Shown here: positions 53,741 through 64,000 of the stretch, one piece after another
Numbering within the stretch: the stretch's first letter is position 1
How the letters are laid out: every line of letters begins with the position of its first letter
From: Carpediemonas membranifera BICM
Lineage: Eukaryota; Protista; Fornicata
Assembly (NCBI GenBank): GCA_019828565.1
Contig: JAHDYR010000064.1
Coordinates: forward strand, 62,001-126,000
Length of the DNA: 64,000 nucleotides
Reading direction: 5' to 3'
Translations under genes and position numbers: made by a program
Notes under the pieces: generated by a model
What the model saw: the letters and a program-made list of their open reading frames with translations, nothing else
What the model was told of the DNA's origin: nothing
Database searches by the model: none

Positions 53741-56700
53741 ATGCATTTACCTGAAACAAAACTCAACAACGCCCCGTTCCTGCGAAAGGCCACCACCAAG
53801 TCGTGGTATACTTTCCGTCAAGACTACGAGCAGTATGCTGCCCGTGAAGCCGATCCGATCGTTGCCTTTGACCTAATCGAAACGCAGGTCCTAGAGGTTC
53901 TTAAGATCCGAATCCCTGAACTTGAGGGGTTCCTTGAGTACGCTAACGAAACGCCGGATGAAGAGCCGGCCGATACCTCTGAACTCAACGAGGCCTTTAT
54001 CACCATGGTAGACGAGCTGATGCAGCCTCTGGATGAGGTGGACGCTTTAGATCGCTTTAAGGACTTGTCGTGCGGCTCTGAGGGTAACCTCATTGACAAC
54101 ATGGCCGCGTATGCCCTGGCGTATAAGCGTCAAGTTCGTAACTGTTGTAAGGTTCGGCCCACGGAGAAGCTCATCGTCGATGCATTTGTTGCTGGCATCA
54201 GGTACGGTCGCTTGAAGGAGCGAGTGAATGCTAAGAAGGCGAAGACGCTTGACGAGACGATCGCCGAGGCATTCATCCAGGCCACGGAAGCAGAGAAGGC
54301 TCGCAGAGAGCACCAGCGTGTGGAGCGAGAGAGTGCGACCTCCGCAACGATGACTAAGGCTAAGGAGAAGTCGGAAACTGCTTGTGAGTACTGCCAGCGC
54401 AAGGGTCACACTGCTGATACGTGTTGGAAGCGTAAGCGTGACGAGCGTGAGGGAGTAAAGGGGCAGAAGTACGTTCATCTTAATGCTTTGGTCGCGGAGG
54501 ACCGCGACAACAGACCCATTGGCGAGGTGGGCATCCTGGGGAGAGTGTTGGCGTTCCTTTATGACACAGGGGCCTCTGCCGACTTTATATCCCAATCCCT
54601 CGTCAAAGAGCTCGGCCTAGTCGTCGAGCCCGACCATGCTAAGGTTAAGCTGGCCACTGGTACGATTTACAACTCACCCGGCATTGTTAAGTTGAGTGCA
54701 GATTTTGGAGTGTTGCCATCTACTGGGCGGAGAACTCAAGCTGCTCTCAATTTGCGGGTGCTACCCGGGCTGAAGCCGACATTAGTTATGGGAATATCGA
54801 CATTAAGTGCGTTGGGGCTAATCACGATCGTCAAGCCGACGATGGAGAATTCTGGAGAGCCACACTTCGCGGAGCTTGATGAAGATGAAGTAGACGAGAC
54901 GTTATTTACCCTTGCTGAAGCGGAGCACGAACTACAGATACGTAGCTTCCCTGAAGAGACTAATACCATCCTAAGCAAGTACAAAGACGTTCTCGGCGAC
55001 ATTTCGCAGCCAGCAGACGTTCCACCCTTCGAACTGGTTCTTACAAACCAGAAGGTTATCAACATCCCTCCATACCACGTCTCGGCTGAAGAAAGAGAGG
55101 ATATGCAGCGCCAGACGGCGCAGCTGGAGGATCTGAATGTGATTGAGGAGTCTACGAGCAACTATAACAATCCTACGGTGCTTGTATGGAAGCGCGATCG
55201 CACCCGCAGGCTCTGCTTGGACTTTCGGCGCCTTAACGACGCGACGGAGGACTTCGATCACGACCTCCCTATCATTGACGATCTGGTAGCAAGACTAGAG
55301 GGTAAGACCCTCTTCGCTAAGCTGGACCTAAGCAAGGCCTTTCACCAGATTCCTATGACCAAGAGCTCACGCAGACTAACGGCGTTTACAGTTGGGAAGC
55401 GTAAGTACCAGTACAAGCGTTTAGCTTTCGGACTCAAAGGGGCCGCAGCCTTCTGTCAGAAGACCCTCGAATCCGTACTGGGCGATGCACTGTGGACACG
55501 GTGTCTCGCATATGTAGACGACATAGTAATATTCGGAGAGAACCAGAGAGAGTACCTCGACAATCTGGACTATGTCTTGAGAAAGCTCAACTCGGCCAAG
55601 TTGAAGCTGAATCTGTCCAAGTCTGAGTTCGGACTGACAGAAATAGAATACTTGGGCTGGCTTGTGAATGGCGACGGCAAGCGAATCGCGCCTGACCGCC
55701 TAGAAGGCATCGACCGCTTAACCAGCCCGAGAGATGTTGCCGGAGTCAGAACCTTACTCGGGTTCACGAACTATTTTAGCCATATGATTCCGAACTACGG
55801 CAATATGATGGAGCCAGTCCTGGCTCTGACGAGAGCCAAGGAAGAGTTCCGTTGGGAGAAGGCCCAACAAGATGCCCTAGTCGACATCAAAGCGACCCTA
55901 TCTCAGAACAACATGTTAAGTCACCCCAAGCGTGGCTGCCAATTAATCCTACAAACCGACGCGAGTGACTACGCTGTCGGGGCAGTTTTGTTACAGATCG
56001 AAGACGGGGAGGAGCGTCCGATTGCTTTCTATTCCAAGACACTATCGGATGTTCAAAGAAGGTGGAGCACCTATGAAAAGGAAGGCTTCGGCATTTATTA
56101 CGCTATGATCAAGGCCGAGCGGTTCCTAGTAGGCAGGCCGTTTACTGTGAGAACGGACCACCGGAATTTGCTGTATATCGCGACAAGCACGAACGCTAAG
56201 GTAACTAGATGGCGCATGGCACTGGAAAGGTTCGACTATTCCGTCGTACACGTGCCTGGTCAAGCGAACGGTGCTGCCGACGCGCTATCTCGCCTATGCG
56301 GTGCAACAGTCGAGGCAGATGATCACGCCACGTGGATCTCCGAGGTTCACGGAGGCATACACGGCCATCTCGGAGCGAGAGCGACGGTGAACAAGCTTAT
56401 ATCGCTCGGTAGGAGGTGGAGGGGCATGTATAAGGACGCAGAGGAGTTTGTCCAGTCGTGTCCTGTGTGCCAGGTCACGCGCAAGACGGCCAAGCCCGTC
56501 CAACACTTGCGCCACCGTACGGCAGGTCGCCTGCCGTTTGATGTCGTGCAGGTAGACACGATCGGACCCATCGCGGAGAGCGAGGGTCTGCGGTACGTGT
56601 GCGTGTTAATTGACACGTACTCGAAGCTAACTATGCTGGTCCCCACGCGTTCGACGGACGCAGATGCCGCGGCAGGGGCAATTTTGGCCTGGGTGGGTCA

Positions 56701-57568
56701 CTACGGAATTCCCCGGGTGATTCACAGCGACGGGGGCAGCCAGTATAGAAATAAGCTGATTGACGCTCTAATGGAAAGGCTCGGGTCGCAACATCACGTC
56801 GGCACGCCTTACCGCCCGGGTTCTCAAGGAAGGGTCAACGCCGAGGTTAAGAGGCATCTAGAGACGCTAATGCTCGATCTGCAGGAGTTTAGATGGACGC
56901 GGCTACTACCTTTGGCTCAGTACATCATTAATTCAACATCTGTGGCCAGGACAGGCCTATCGCCACTGAATTTGCTTTATAACCAAGACGTGGTCGTAAG
57001 ACCAGAAGAGATCATGAGCAATGAGAGCAAGATGCCATTTGAGGCCTTCAAGCGCAGCCTGGAACTACAGGGAGTCATCCAAGACCAGGCGCTGCAACAA
57101 CAAACACCATCAGAAGCATCACACGTGGCCCTATCGAACAAGCCAGTGCTGGTAACGACCACTGTCGGCCGCCGCACGAAGCTGGCTGGGCCAATGTGGT
57201 GCCAGGGACCCGCAGAGTCGCCGAACGTTTACTACGTGGAGAACCTGACGACAGGCGTAGTGGCTAAGGTCCATGCCGAGCGTCTAAGACATTTTGAGTC
57301 TGACGCGACAAGGGCTGAGTTGACACGGCTCGCGGCCCAGAGAGTTGACGAATATGTCGTAGAAGCGATCGACTCTCACAAATTTGAGGACGGCGTCCTT
57401 CACCTACATGTGCTGTGGGAGGGGTACCTCGAGGAAGAGGCGACATGGGAACGCTTCAACGCCGACCTTGATGAACTTAGGGCGTTTGAGGAGTACCTCG
57501 CAGACAAACCGAGTTTGCGCAGAAAACTCCGAGGTCAAAGGAAATTAGCTTCCTATAGGCAGCGCTAA
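53741..57568 (+). CDS. E4 gag-protease-RT-RNase H-integrase-chromodomain polyprotein
   Basis: CEYCQRKGHTADTC, YDTGA, YVDD, TDAS, HHCC, integrase core, YVVEAI..VLWEGY..EATWE. Confidence 0.96.
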   Translation: MHLPETKLNNAPFLRKATTKSWYTFRQDYEQYAAREADPIVAFDLIETQVLEVLKIRIPELEGFLEYANETPDEEPADTSELNEAFITMVDELMQPLDEVDALDRFKDLSCGSEGNLIDNMAAYALAYKRQVRNCCKVRPTEKLIVDAFVAGIRYGRLKERVNAKKAKTLDETIAEAFIQATEAEKARREHQRVERESATSATMTKAKEKSETACEYCQRKGHTADTCWKRKRDEREGVKGQKYVHLNALVAEDRDNRPIGEVGILGRVLAFLYDTGASADFISQSLVKELGLVVEPDHAKVKLATGTIYNSPGIVKLSADFGVLPSTGRRTQAALNLRVLPGLKPTLVMGISTLSALGLITIVKPTMENSGEPHFAELDEDEVDETLFTLAEAEHELQIRSFPEETNTILSKYKDVLGDISQPADVPPFELVLTNQKVINIPPYHVSAEEREDMQRQTAQLEDLNVIEESTSNYNNPTVLVWKRDRTRRLCLDFRRLNDATEDFDHDLPIIDDLVARLEGKTLFAKLDLSKAFHQIPMTKSSRRLTAFTVGKRKYQYKRLAFGLKGAAAFCQKTLESVLGDALWTRCLAYVDDIVIFGENQREYLDNLDYVLRKLNSAKLKLNLSKSEFGLTEIEYLGWLVNGDGKRIAPDRLEGIDRLTSPRDVAGVRTLLGFTNYFSHMIPNYGNMMEPVLALTRAKEEFRWEKAQQDALVDIKATLSQNNMLSHPKRGCQLILQTDASDYAVGAVLLQIEDGEERPIAFYSKTLSDVQRRWSTYEKEGFGIYYAMIKAERFLVGRPFTVRTDHRNLLYIATSTNAKVTRWRMALERFDYSVVHVPGQANGAADALSRLCGATVEADDHATWISEVHGGIHGHLGARATVNKLISLGRRWRGMYKDAEEFVQSCPVCQVTRKTAKPVQHLRHRTAGRLPFDVVQVDTIGPIAESEGLRYVCVLIDTYSKLTMLVPTRSTDADAAAGAILAWVGHYGIPRVIHSDGGSQYRNKLIDALMERLGSQHHVGTPYRPGSQGRVNAEVKRHLETLMLDLQEFRWTRLLPLAQYIINSTSVARTGLSPLNLLYNQDVVVRPEEIMSNESKMPFEAFKRSLELQGVIQDQALQQQTPSEASHVALSNKPVLVTTTVGRRTKLAGPMWCQGPAESPNVYYVENLTTGVVAKVHAERLRHFESDATRAELTRLAAQRVDEYVVEAIDSHKFEDGVLHLHVLWEGYLEEEATWERFNADLDELRAFEEYLADKPSLRRKLRGQRKLASYRQR

Positions 57569-57877
57569 TAACCAACGGCTCATCAAAAAGCCATTTTGGG
57601 GTTTTGCCCAGTTGGTGACCGCAGCCTAGGGGGGGAAGAGCAGAACGTTGGAATCTAGTTACTGATATTGGTTATTTCTTATGTTCTACACCATTCTGTG
57701 CGCTATTTGTTCGTTTAGAACAGCGTTCTTCAGACTATTGTGCTCAATTGCGTTTTTGACTTCACTGGAGTCGGTCTGGCGGGTTTTGCATTTCGCCGGA
57801 CTTGAACCGTTAGAATTTTTGCTGACGGTTGGGAGGCACGTTTGAGCTTGTGGACGGTTTGGGATCATGGGGGGAAG

Positions 57878-57971
57878 TGTCATGACGACCTCATTTAATG
57901 ATCAGTCTTATTTGGTCAATGATCTCAAACCTGCTTCTAAATTTCACTCTCTCAATTGTTTGGGTACCACA
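57878..57971 (+). repeat. 3' LTR of E4
   Basis: Preceded by the PPT and followed by the TSD. Confidence 0.97.
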
Positions 57972-58372
57972 GTGGCGAAAATGGTCATTCACGAGCTTGG
58001 GCAGTTACCCGCGTCTCTCGGCTGTGGGATAATGGGATACCGGACCTGTCCATGACCGAACACCAATCGACCTAAAATTATATTTAATGCGAATAAAAAT
58101 TTACGATGGTGTCTCTGACCTCCTGCCATGATACAGGTGCGAGAGGTACAAAGTTATTCTTTTTGATGTTTTTCTCCCGAGACCATTTTGTGCCACCAAG
58201 AAAAAAAAAGTGGCACAAATGAGTTTGAAGTTTGTGTGCTGCAGAACTACATTCTGAGGTGTTCAGGGGATGTGTATAGTGTCTAATAAAGTACCCAGTG
58301 CAAACCACCAGCGGCATGATCATCACAATAGCGATTACGAACTGGGAAATTTCACATTTTCACATTTCACGG

Positions 58373-58480
58373 TGTCAGCCATTTATATATGAGATACGTA
58401 TTTGATACGGTCTTGATCCGTCCAGCTCGACACCCTTGTGTCGAGCTCTCTTTGTAAAGTCTTTTTCCTTAGTGATCACA
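58373..58480 (+). repeat. Candidate 5' LTR of E5 (108 bp)
   Basis: TGTCAG...ATCACA, 20 nt upstream of the gag ATG, with the same junction architecture as E4. The 3' LTR is not in the window. Confidence 0.7.
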
Positions 58481-58500
58481 GTAAGCTTACTTCCAAACTA

Positions 58501-61500
58501 ATGGATAAGGGACCTTTATGTACACAGCCTGAGATTCACGCAGTCCTCTCATTTGCCGAGAAATTGGATAAGCATGTTCGCGCGGGCGGAAAGAGGCGCT
58601 TGCTTAAGCGACTCGGACCCGCGGTGACCTCATACTGCAAGGCGATGGGTACTGATATTACCAGAAAGTATCAGGCCGCAAAACATCACGATGATGGTTC
58701 CAAAAGAACGAAGCACGAGCGCGAGGACATCGTATTCCAGGCGATTGTGGACATTGTTAAGCCCTCCGATGCGATCCTTGAGCGCCGCCTTTTCGACCTA
58801 TCGACCACTGGTATCGATATTGGCCGCCTATCTCTCTATATCGACCGCTTCGCTTCCCGCCGCCGTCTCATTGCACCCACGGGCAAGGATTCAGTCCTTC
58901 GCGGCCAGTTTTTGCGCGGAATCCAAGACGAAACGCTCAGAGAGGAGGTTTCTCACGCCTCCAAGGGTCTGTCACTTGATGCGACCTTTTCGACCGCCCT
59001 CCTGACATGTAAGCGTCTGGAGGAAGCAATCAAGCTCACTTCAACGTCCAAGCCTGCCCCTGCTCAAGAGCGCGAACGCTCTAAGCAGTCCGCTGTCCGC
59101 AAACGCCCCCCGCGTGAGCAGCGCGAGCCTCAGGATCAGCCGCGCCAAGACAAGCGGCAGCAACACCAGCCCCGCCAGTATCAGACGCACTTCCACCAGC
59201 AAGGCCAACGTCACGGTCAGCGTCAGCAGCAGACGCAACACCACGGTCACCAGCGAGACATCGTATGCTTTAACTGCGGCAGGCCGAACCACCGCGCTTT
59301 CGAATGCACCAGAGAGAAGGCCGTGTGCGCGAAGTGCGGCAAGTCGGGGCACCTAGACAAGTTCTGTCAGGTAAACCCCAGATCATGCTTCTCTGTCTCT
59401 GTTTCTACGTCGGCGGCTGAAGGCCAGCGCTCCCTACCCGTCGTGAGTGCCGTCGTCCCTATGGGTAGCGACGAATCTACCACATGGCACCGTGTCTTAT
59501 TCGACTGTGGTGCTGACATTTCTCTTGTCAACCCGGCTTCCGCCAGAGCGGCCGAGCTCATTCCGACGAAGCTCGCTGCACCCATTAAGATCAAGACTCC
59601 GGGTGGAACGATCGAGACTGATACGTGTTATGAGGTGCCGTTGAAGATGTGTAAGTCACCTTTCACCCCGAAAGGTCTATCCACCACAGTCTCCGCGTAT
59701 GGGGTTGACTGTGCTTATGATCTCCTCTTGTCATATCAGACCATGGTCGAGTGGGGTATTCTCCCCAGCTTGTGTGAACCGTCTCAGTCTGACAATGAAG
59801 ACGCCTTGGAGCCTTTCGTGCCAGAGCCTGAGCCGCTCCAGGCGTATACTCTGTCTTCGGACTACACTCTCACTCATGACCGCATCCTCGCAGCTTATGC
59901 TCATTGCTTTGATGCTCGAGAAGGGTTCTCAGCATTAGAGCCATACGACCTCGTACTCAAGGAGGACCGCGTCGTCGCCACGAGATCCAATTACATACCA
60001 GAAGCAGGGCCTGTTCGACGAGCACGTCAACGAACTACTGTCGAAGAAATACATCGAGGCCAGCTTCTCGCCATACTCTTCTCCAGCATTGCTCGTCCCC
60101 AAGGGCAAGGACAAGACCAGGATGGTCGTAGACTTCCGCAGAATCAATGATTTGACCACGCCATTCGACTATCCGATCCCCGAGGTTAACACGTGCTTGA
60201 CCAGGCTTGCTGGTGCCAAGGTCTTCGCCACTCTCGACCTCTCGAAAGGGTATCACCAGGTCGAGCTGACCGAGCGTTCTAGGCAATACACGGCGTTTAT
60301 GACCCCCCGTGGGAAGTTCCAATACACCGGAATGCCGTTCGGCCTGAAGAACGCTGGCGCGCACTTTCAGTACGCGATTGAGCGCGGGTTCCAGGACCTC
60401 TTAGGCGACGCCTGCATTATATATATAGATGACATTATCATCTTTGGACGCTCGGAGCAGGAATATCTGGCCAACCTCGCTAAGGTGCTCCGCCGATGTG
60501 ACGAGCTCAAGCTATCGTTGAACAAGGAGAAGTCGCATTTCGGCCTAGCCGAAGTGGAGTTCCTAGGATGGGTTGTGTCCGGCTCGGGTTTCCGGATTGC
60601 TCCAGACAGGATCCGCGATGTAGAAGGCCTGCGGCTACCGAAGACGAAGAAGGCCACGCAGGCCCTTATGGGATTCCTCAACTTTATGAGAGACTTTGTT
60701 CCTAACTTCTCCGAGCTTATCCGACCGTTAGCCCGGGCGGCAAGCGGCAAGGAGGCTCCGGACGGATTACCTCAGGCAGAGGCGCTGGCCAAGGTTAAGG
60801 ACCGCCTCTGCCACGCACCGGCACTCGAGCACTTTGACGTTTCGAAGGATCATGTGGTCATGACAGACGCGTCTGATCTCGGGATCGGGGGTGTTCTCCT
60901 CCAGGACGGCAAGCCGGTGTGTTATATGTCCCACGCGTTCTCAGATGTGCAGACGCGTTGGAGCACGATCGAACAGGAAGCGTATGCGATTGTCACCGCC
61001 CTCCAGAGGTGGCGCCGTTTCCTGTGCTGGACGTCGTTTACTCTCCTCACTGACCACCGGAACCTGGTCTACATGTCACGATCGTCTAACGCAAAAGTCC
61101 AGCGTTGGTACGAGTCAATCGCAGACCTAGACTTCACAGTGAAGCATGTGGCCGGGGTTGACAACGGAGCGGCGGACGGGCTGAGTCGAGTCTTCTCCGC
61201 AACTGCCAGACAGGCAACAGCTACCGATGACGAGATCCAGGCAGCTCATATGCACGGCCAGGCCCACCTCCCGGTTTATACGACGGTAGAGTGGCTGAGA
61301 TCTAACGGGCTCCGGGCTCCAGTGGATAGGGTAGCGCGGGTCATGGATCGTTGCCCCGTGTGCCAACTTACCGCCAAGCCGGCCGAGGCGTCCAGACCGT
61401 ACCTCCACACGGCGAGCCTGCGACCGTTCCAGCGGGTAGCCATGGATACTATTGGCCCCCTACCAGAGTCTCGCGGGTACAAGTTCATCTTAGTTATTAT

Positions 61501-62458
61501 TGATATGGCCTCGCGGTGGACCGAGCTCGTCCCACTCAAGTCCACAAGGGCGGACGAAGCTGTGACTGCCTTCGTCAACGGATGGATTCTCCGGTACGGC
61601 GTGCCCAGAGTTCTACAGACAGACGGTGGCAAGCAGTTCGTCAACAAGCTATTCACAGATCTATCGGTGCGCGTAGGGTTTGCTACTCACGTCACCACCC
61701 CGTACCATCCACAGTCAAACGGCATTGTGGAACGGGCGAACAGCCGCATTGAGCGCATTTTACGCAACAGGCAATACCAGCTTCGGAGCGAGTTGTGGTC
61801 AGACTCCCTCCCTGTCGCGCAGTATATCGTCAACGCGTCTCCCCACACCGCGACACGCTTAACACCGGCCGAGGTCATCTTCGGTAGCGATTTCCGTGTC
61901 CCGGCAGACGTGATGATGGCAGACGTCCAGAGTATGGCTGGACAGCCCAGCAGTAATGTTCAAGCAGCTCAGTTAGCCCGAGACTTGGCAGAGGCGAGAA
62001 TCAAGGTCATGCACCAAGATGCGCTAGACAAAGTGTCAGCAACGACACCTATCTCGTCCGACTATGTGTTGGTCAAGTACCCGAATGGACCGCCGTCCAA
62101 GTTGGCGTCAGGATGGCGAGGGCCTATGAAGCTAGTGCGTCCTATCGTGAGGCAGAACCTCACGGTGGGCTATGTCGTCAAGGATGTCAACACAAAGAAG
62201 GAGTTCCAAGTCGCCTCGGAGAGAGTTCGCGCCTTTATGGGTGAGTTGTCCGAGCAACGGGCTCAGGAACTCGCGGCAGTCACGCTCGGTGAATATCTGG
62301 TCGAGTCCATACTAGAGTCGACGAGTGAGGCCAGGATGAGAGACAGGAAGTTCCGGGTTAGATGGCTGGGATATGAGCCGTCAGAGGACACATGGGAACC
62401 ATATGGGAATGTCAAGGGTTGTGAAGCACTGGATGTATTCCTGGGAAGGGCCAAGTAA
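58501..62458 (+). mobile_element. Chromoviral Ty3/gypsy element E5 gag-pol, frameshift at ~60000
   Basis: Two CCHC knuckles, FDCGA protease, YIDD, TDAS, QTDGG...NGIVER, WRGP, YLVESI..VRWLGYEPSEDTWEP. Confidence 0.95.
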
Positions 62459-62487
62459 ATGGCGCCCAGAGAGAGTCACAATCTGAT

Positions 62488-63816
62488 TTATTCAATGGCA
62501 CCAAGGCTGTCACCAAGCTCAAAGAAGATGCCGTCATGCTCCCAGCGCCGACGAACACGACGCCATAAGTTATGCTCGTTGAGATAACGAGTGACAGGCA
62601 TGGTGCGGCAAAGATCCTGGGTCAGGAAGGTCAGTGACGGCAGCGGATAGCCCGAAAACTGGACGAGCAGGATGAACGACTCCTCCTGGCGGGCGTTCTC
62701 GTAGAGCTCGATGTGCTCTTTGACCTCCACCACACCGTACGCGGCGGACGTGTCCGTGAGCTGGAGCGTGAACAGCTCCTTGTTCATGGCAAGCTCCATA
62801 GCCGGGAGATGCTCAAGCCGGACACAGGTCCAATAGGCCCGAACGAAGTCGCGGGAGCGGGTGGCGGTCAGGCGCGAGGCACCGCGGTTCTCAGCCGCCA
62901 TAAGCAGCGAGAACATGGCTGGGTGTCGGCCTGCCATCACCACGCGCTTGAGGAGGTCCACCACCACATCACGAGAGACCGTGGCACCCGGCTCTCGAGT
63001 GCGCTTCAGCGCCAGGAGGGCTCCCTCAGCTGTGGCGACGTGGTTTGTGGCAAACCGGTCGCTCGTCCCGCCCTGGACCAGAGCCGCGGCTACGGCGCGA
63101 GTGTCTTGGACACCCTCCATGGAGCGCTGGAGAGCGCACCCGATGGCCGTCACCTCCGCGAACCGACGAAGGATGTCGGCAGAGACGTAAGCAGCCGTGA
63201 CCTCGGTCATAGCGCTGCCGAAGAGCTTCCCGGTCTGAACTCGGTCGAGGAGGGCTGTGAAATTGACTTCGAAGCAGTTGGAGAAGCGAGCAGTGCTGAT
63301 CTCCGCAAAGGTGGTGCGGAAGGTCTCGACCTGACGCTGCTCGCGTGCCGGAAGAGGTTCGGCGGGCTCGGTCGGCTCGGCGACGGTCACAATAGCCCTA
63401 GGGGTTTCGACATTGGCGCGGTAGCGGGTCTGTCGGTGGAATGGGCGGACAGGGACCTCTACGACACGCTGGTTGAACTCAGCGCCCAGCTCACTCGTGC
63501 GGGTGATTGTGGTCTGAGCAGATTCGGGATGGCAGTCGGTGATGTGCCGTCCGGAGCGTCGAGGTCGGAGAACGGTGCGATCGGGAGCTGAACCAGCTTC
63601 TTGGTGCGAAATGGCATCACCATCGGTGTTCTCAGCGGTGTTTTCAGTGGATGGAGGCGTGTGAGAACCTTCAGTAGCTTCCTGGGAGCCGTCACCATTC
63701 AGCAGCTCGACATGCTTTCGCTTCAAGGCCTGAAGATCGGAGATGAGCACACCAGTAGGATTGGCCGTCATATACTGGTCGATTGCAGCAAAGAGTTCCT
63801 CCTCTACGTTTGTCAT
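62488..63816 (-). CDS. Antisense ORF (~442 aa) with a C-terminal chromodomain-like segment
   Basis: Convergent with E5 pol (29-bp gap). YGVVEVKEH...LLVQFSGYP.PSLTF...V..YL. TATA-like sequence at ~63872-63880. Confidence 0.65.
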   Translation of the reverse strand: MTNVEEELFAAIDQYMTANPTGVLISDLQALKRKHVELLNGDGSQEATEGSHTPPSTENTAENTDGDAISHQEAGSAPDRTVLRPRRSGRHITDCHPESAQTTITRTSELGAEFNQRVVEVPVRPFHRQTRYRANVETPRAIVTVAEPTEPAEPLPAREQRQVETFRTTFAEISTARFSNCFEVNFTALLDRVQTGKLFGSAMTEVTAAYVSADILRRFAEVTAIGCALQRSMEGVQDTRAVAAALVQGGTSDRFATNHVATAEGALLALKRTREPGATVSRDVVVDLLKRVVMAGRHPAMFSLLMAAENRGASRLTATRSRDFVRAYWTCVRLEHLPAMELAMNKELFTLQLTDTSAAYGVVEVKEHIELYENARQEESFILLVQFSGYPLPSLTFLTQDLCRTMPVTRYLNEHNLWRRVRRRWEHDGIFFELGDSLGAIE

Positions 63817-64000
63817 AGCGCCGTTTGAAATCTGGGAGGCGTCCCAGATTTGATTTACATGTATACATGAGTTATATAATCTCAGGAGGACACCCACCGC
63901 GCAAGTTACAGACGCTGAGCACGCCTGTATAGCCAATACTGGCCAAGGGACAGCCGTTCACGTATTCTCTCGCGCGTTTTATGCCGAGACGAGATCTCGA

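Larger units (their letters stand above)
53636..57971 (+). mobile_element. Full-length chromoviral Ty3/gypsy element E4 (4336 bp)
   Basis: Identical 94-bp TG..CA LTRs, GTGGC target-site duplication (53631-53635 and 57972-57976), PPT GGGGGGAAG, single gag-pol ORF. Confidence 0.97.

Noticed and set aside
57972-57982. TGGCG after the E4 3' LTR as a tRNA PBS
   Set aside because: It is the GTGGC target-site duplication and follows the 3' LTR, not the 5' LTR.
58187-58219. Inverted repeat TTTGTGCCAC/GTGGCACAAA as a terminator
   Set aside because: The hairpin is real, but intrinsic terminators are not expected in a eukaryote and no function can be supported.
59990-60010. Programmed frameshift in E5
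   Set aside because: The shift falls after the protease, in the RT N-terminal region, with no slippery sequence, and E4 is a single ORF. It is probably a mutation or an error.
62713-63591. 292-aa plus-strand ORF after E5 pol as an env-like gene
   Set aside because: No signal peptide or transmembrane segment. The minus-strand ORF is longer and has a recognisable motif.
1-64000. tRNA or rRNA genes
   Set aside because: None recognised by eye. A tRNAscan-SE or Infernal run would be needed to exclude them.

Overview
Eukaryotic DNA from a compact genome of an anaerobic flagellated protist. A Carpediemonas-like metamonad is inferred from 29-35 nt GT-AG introns, beta-tubulin, ciliary WD40 proteins and an ADP-forming acetyl-CoA synthetase with a presequence; this is not proven. 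A dense block of about 20 host genes (13.5-46 kb) lies between two retroelement clusters. Left cluster (1-13.5 kb): an unclassified multi-ORF element with a DEDD-exonuclease-like ORF, three nested 5'-truncated chromodomain Ty3/gypsy elements, a non-LTR RT fragment, and an RT-deleted DIRS-like element. Right cluster (47-64 kb): an apparently intact DIRS-type tyrosine-recombinase retroelement, a complete 4.3-kb chromoviral element with identical 94-bp LTRs and a 5-bp TSD, and a second chromoviral element followed by an antisense chromodomain-like ORF. Strongest signal: the LTR elements have very short LTRs, and both elements whose 5' end is visible carry a perfect 12-bp palindrome (CA|GTAA..TTAC) where a tRNA primer-binding site should be, suggesting tRNA-independent priming. 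Other highlights are a candidate -1 frameshift site in the DIRS element, an intron-containing prokaryote-type lysine 2,3-aminomutase, and an intron that may split the MetAP2 start codon. Family assignments come from motif recognition, with no database searches.
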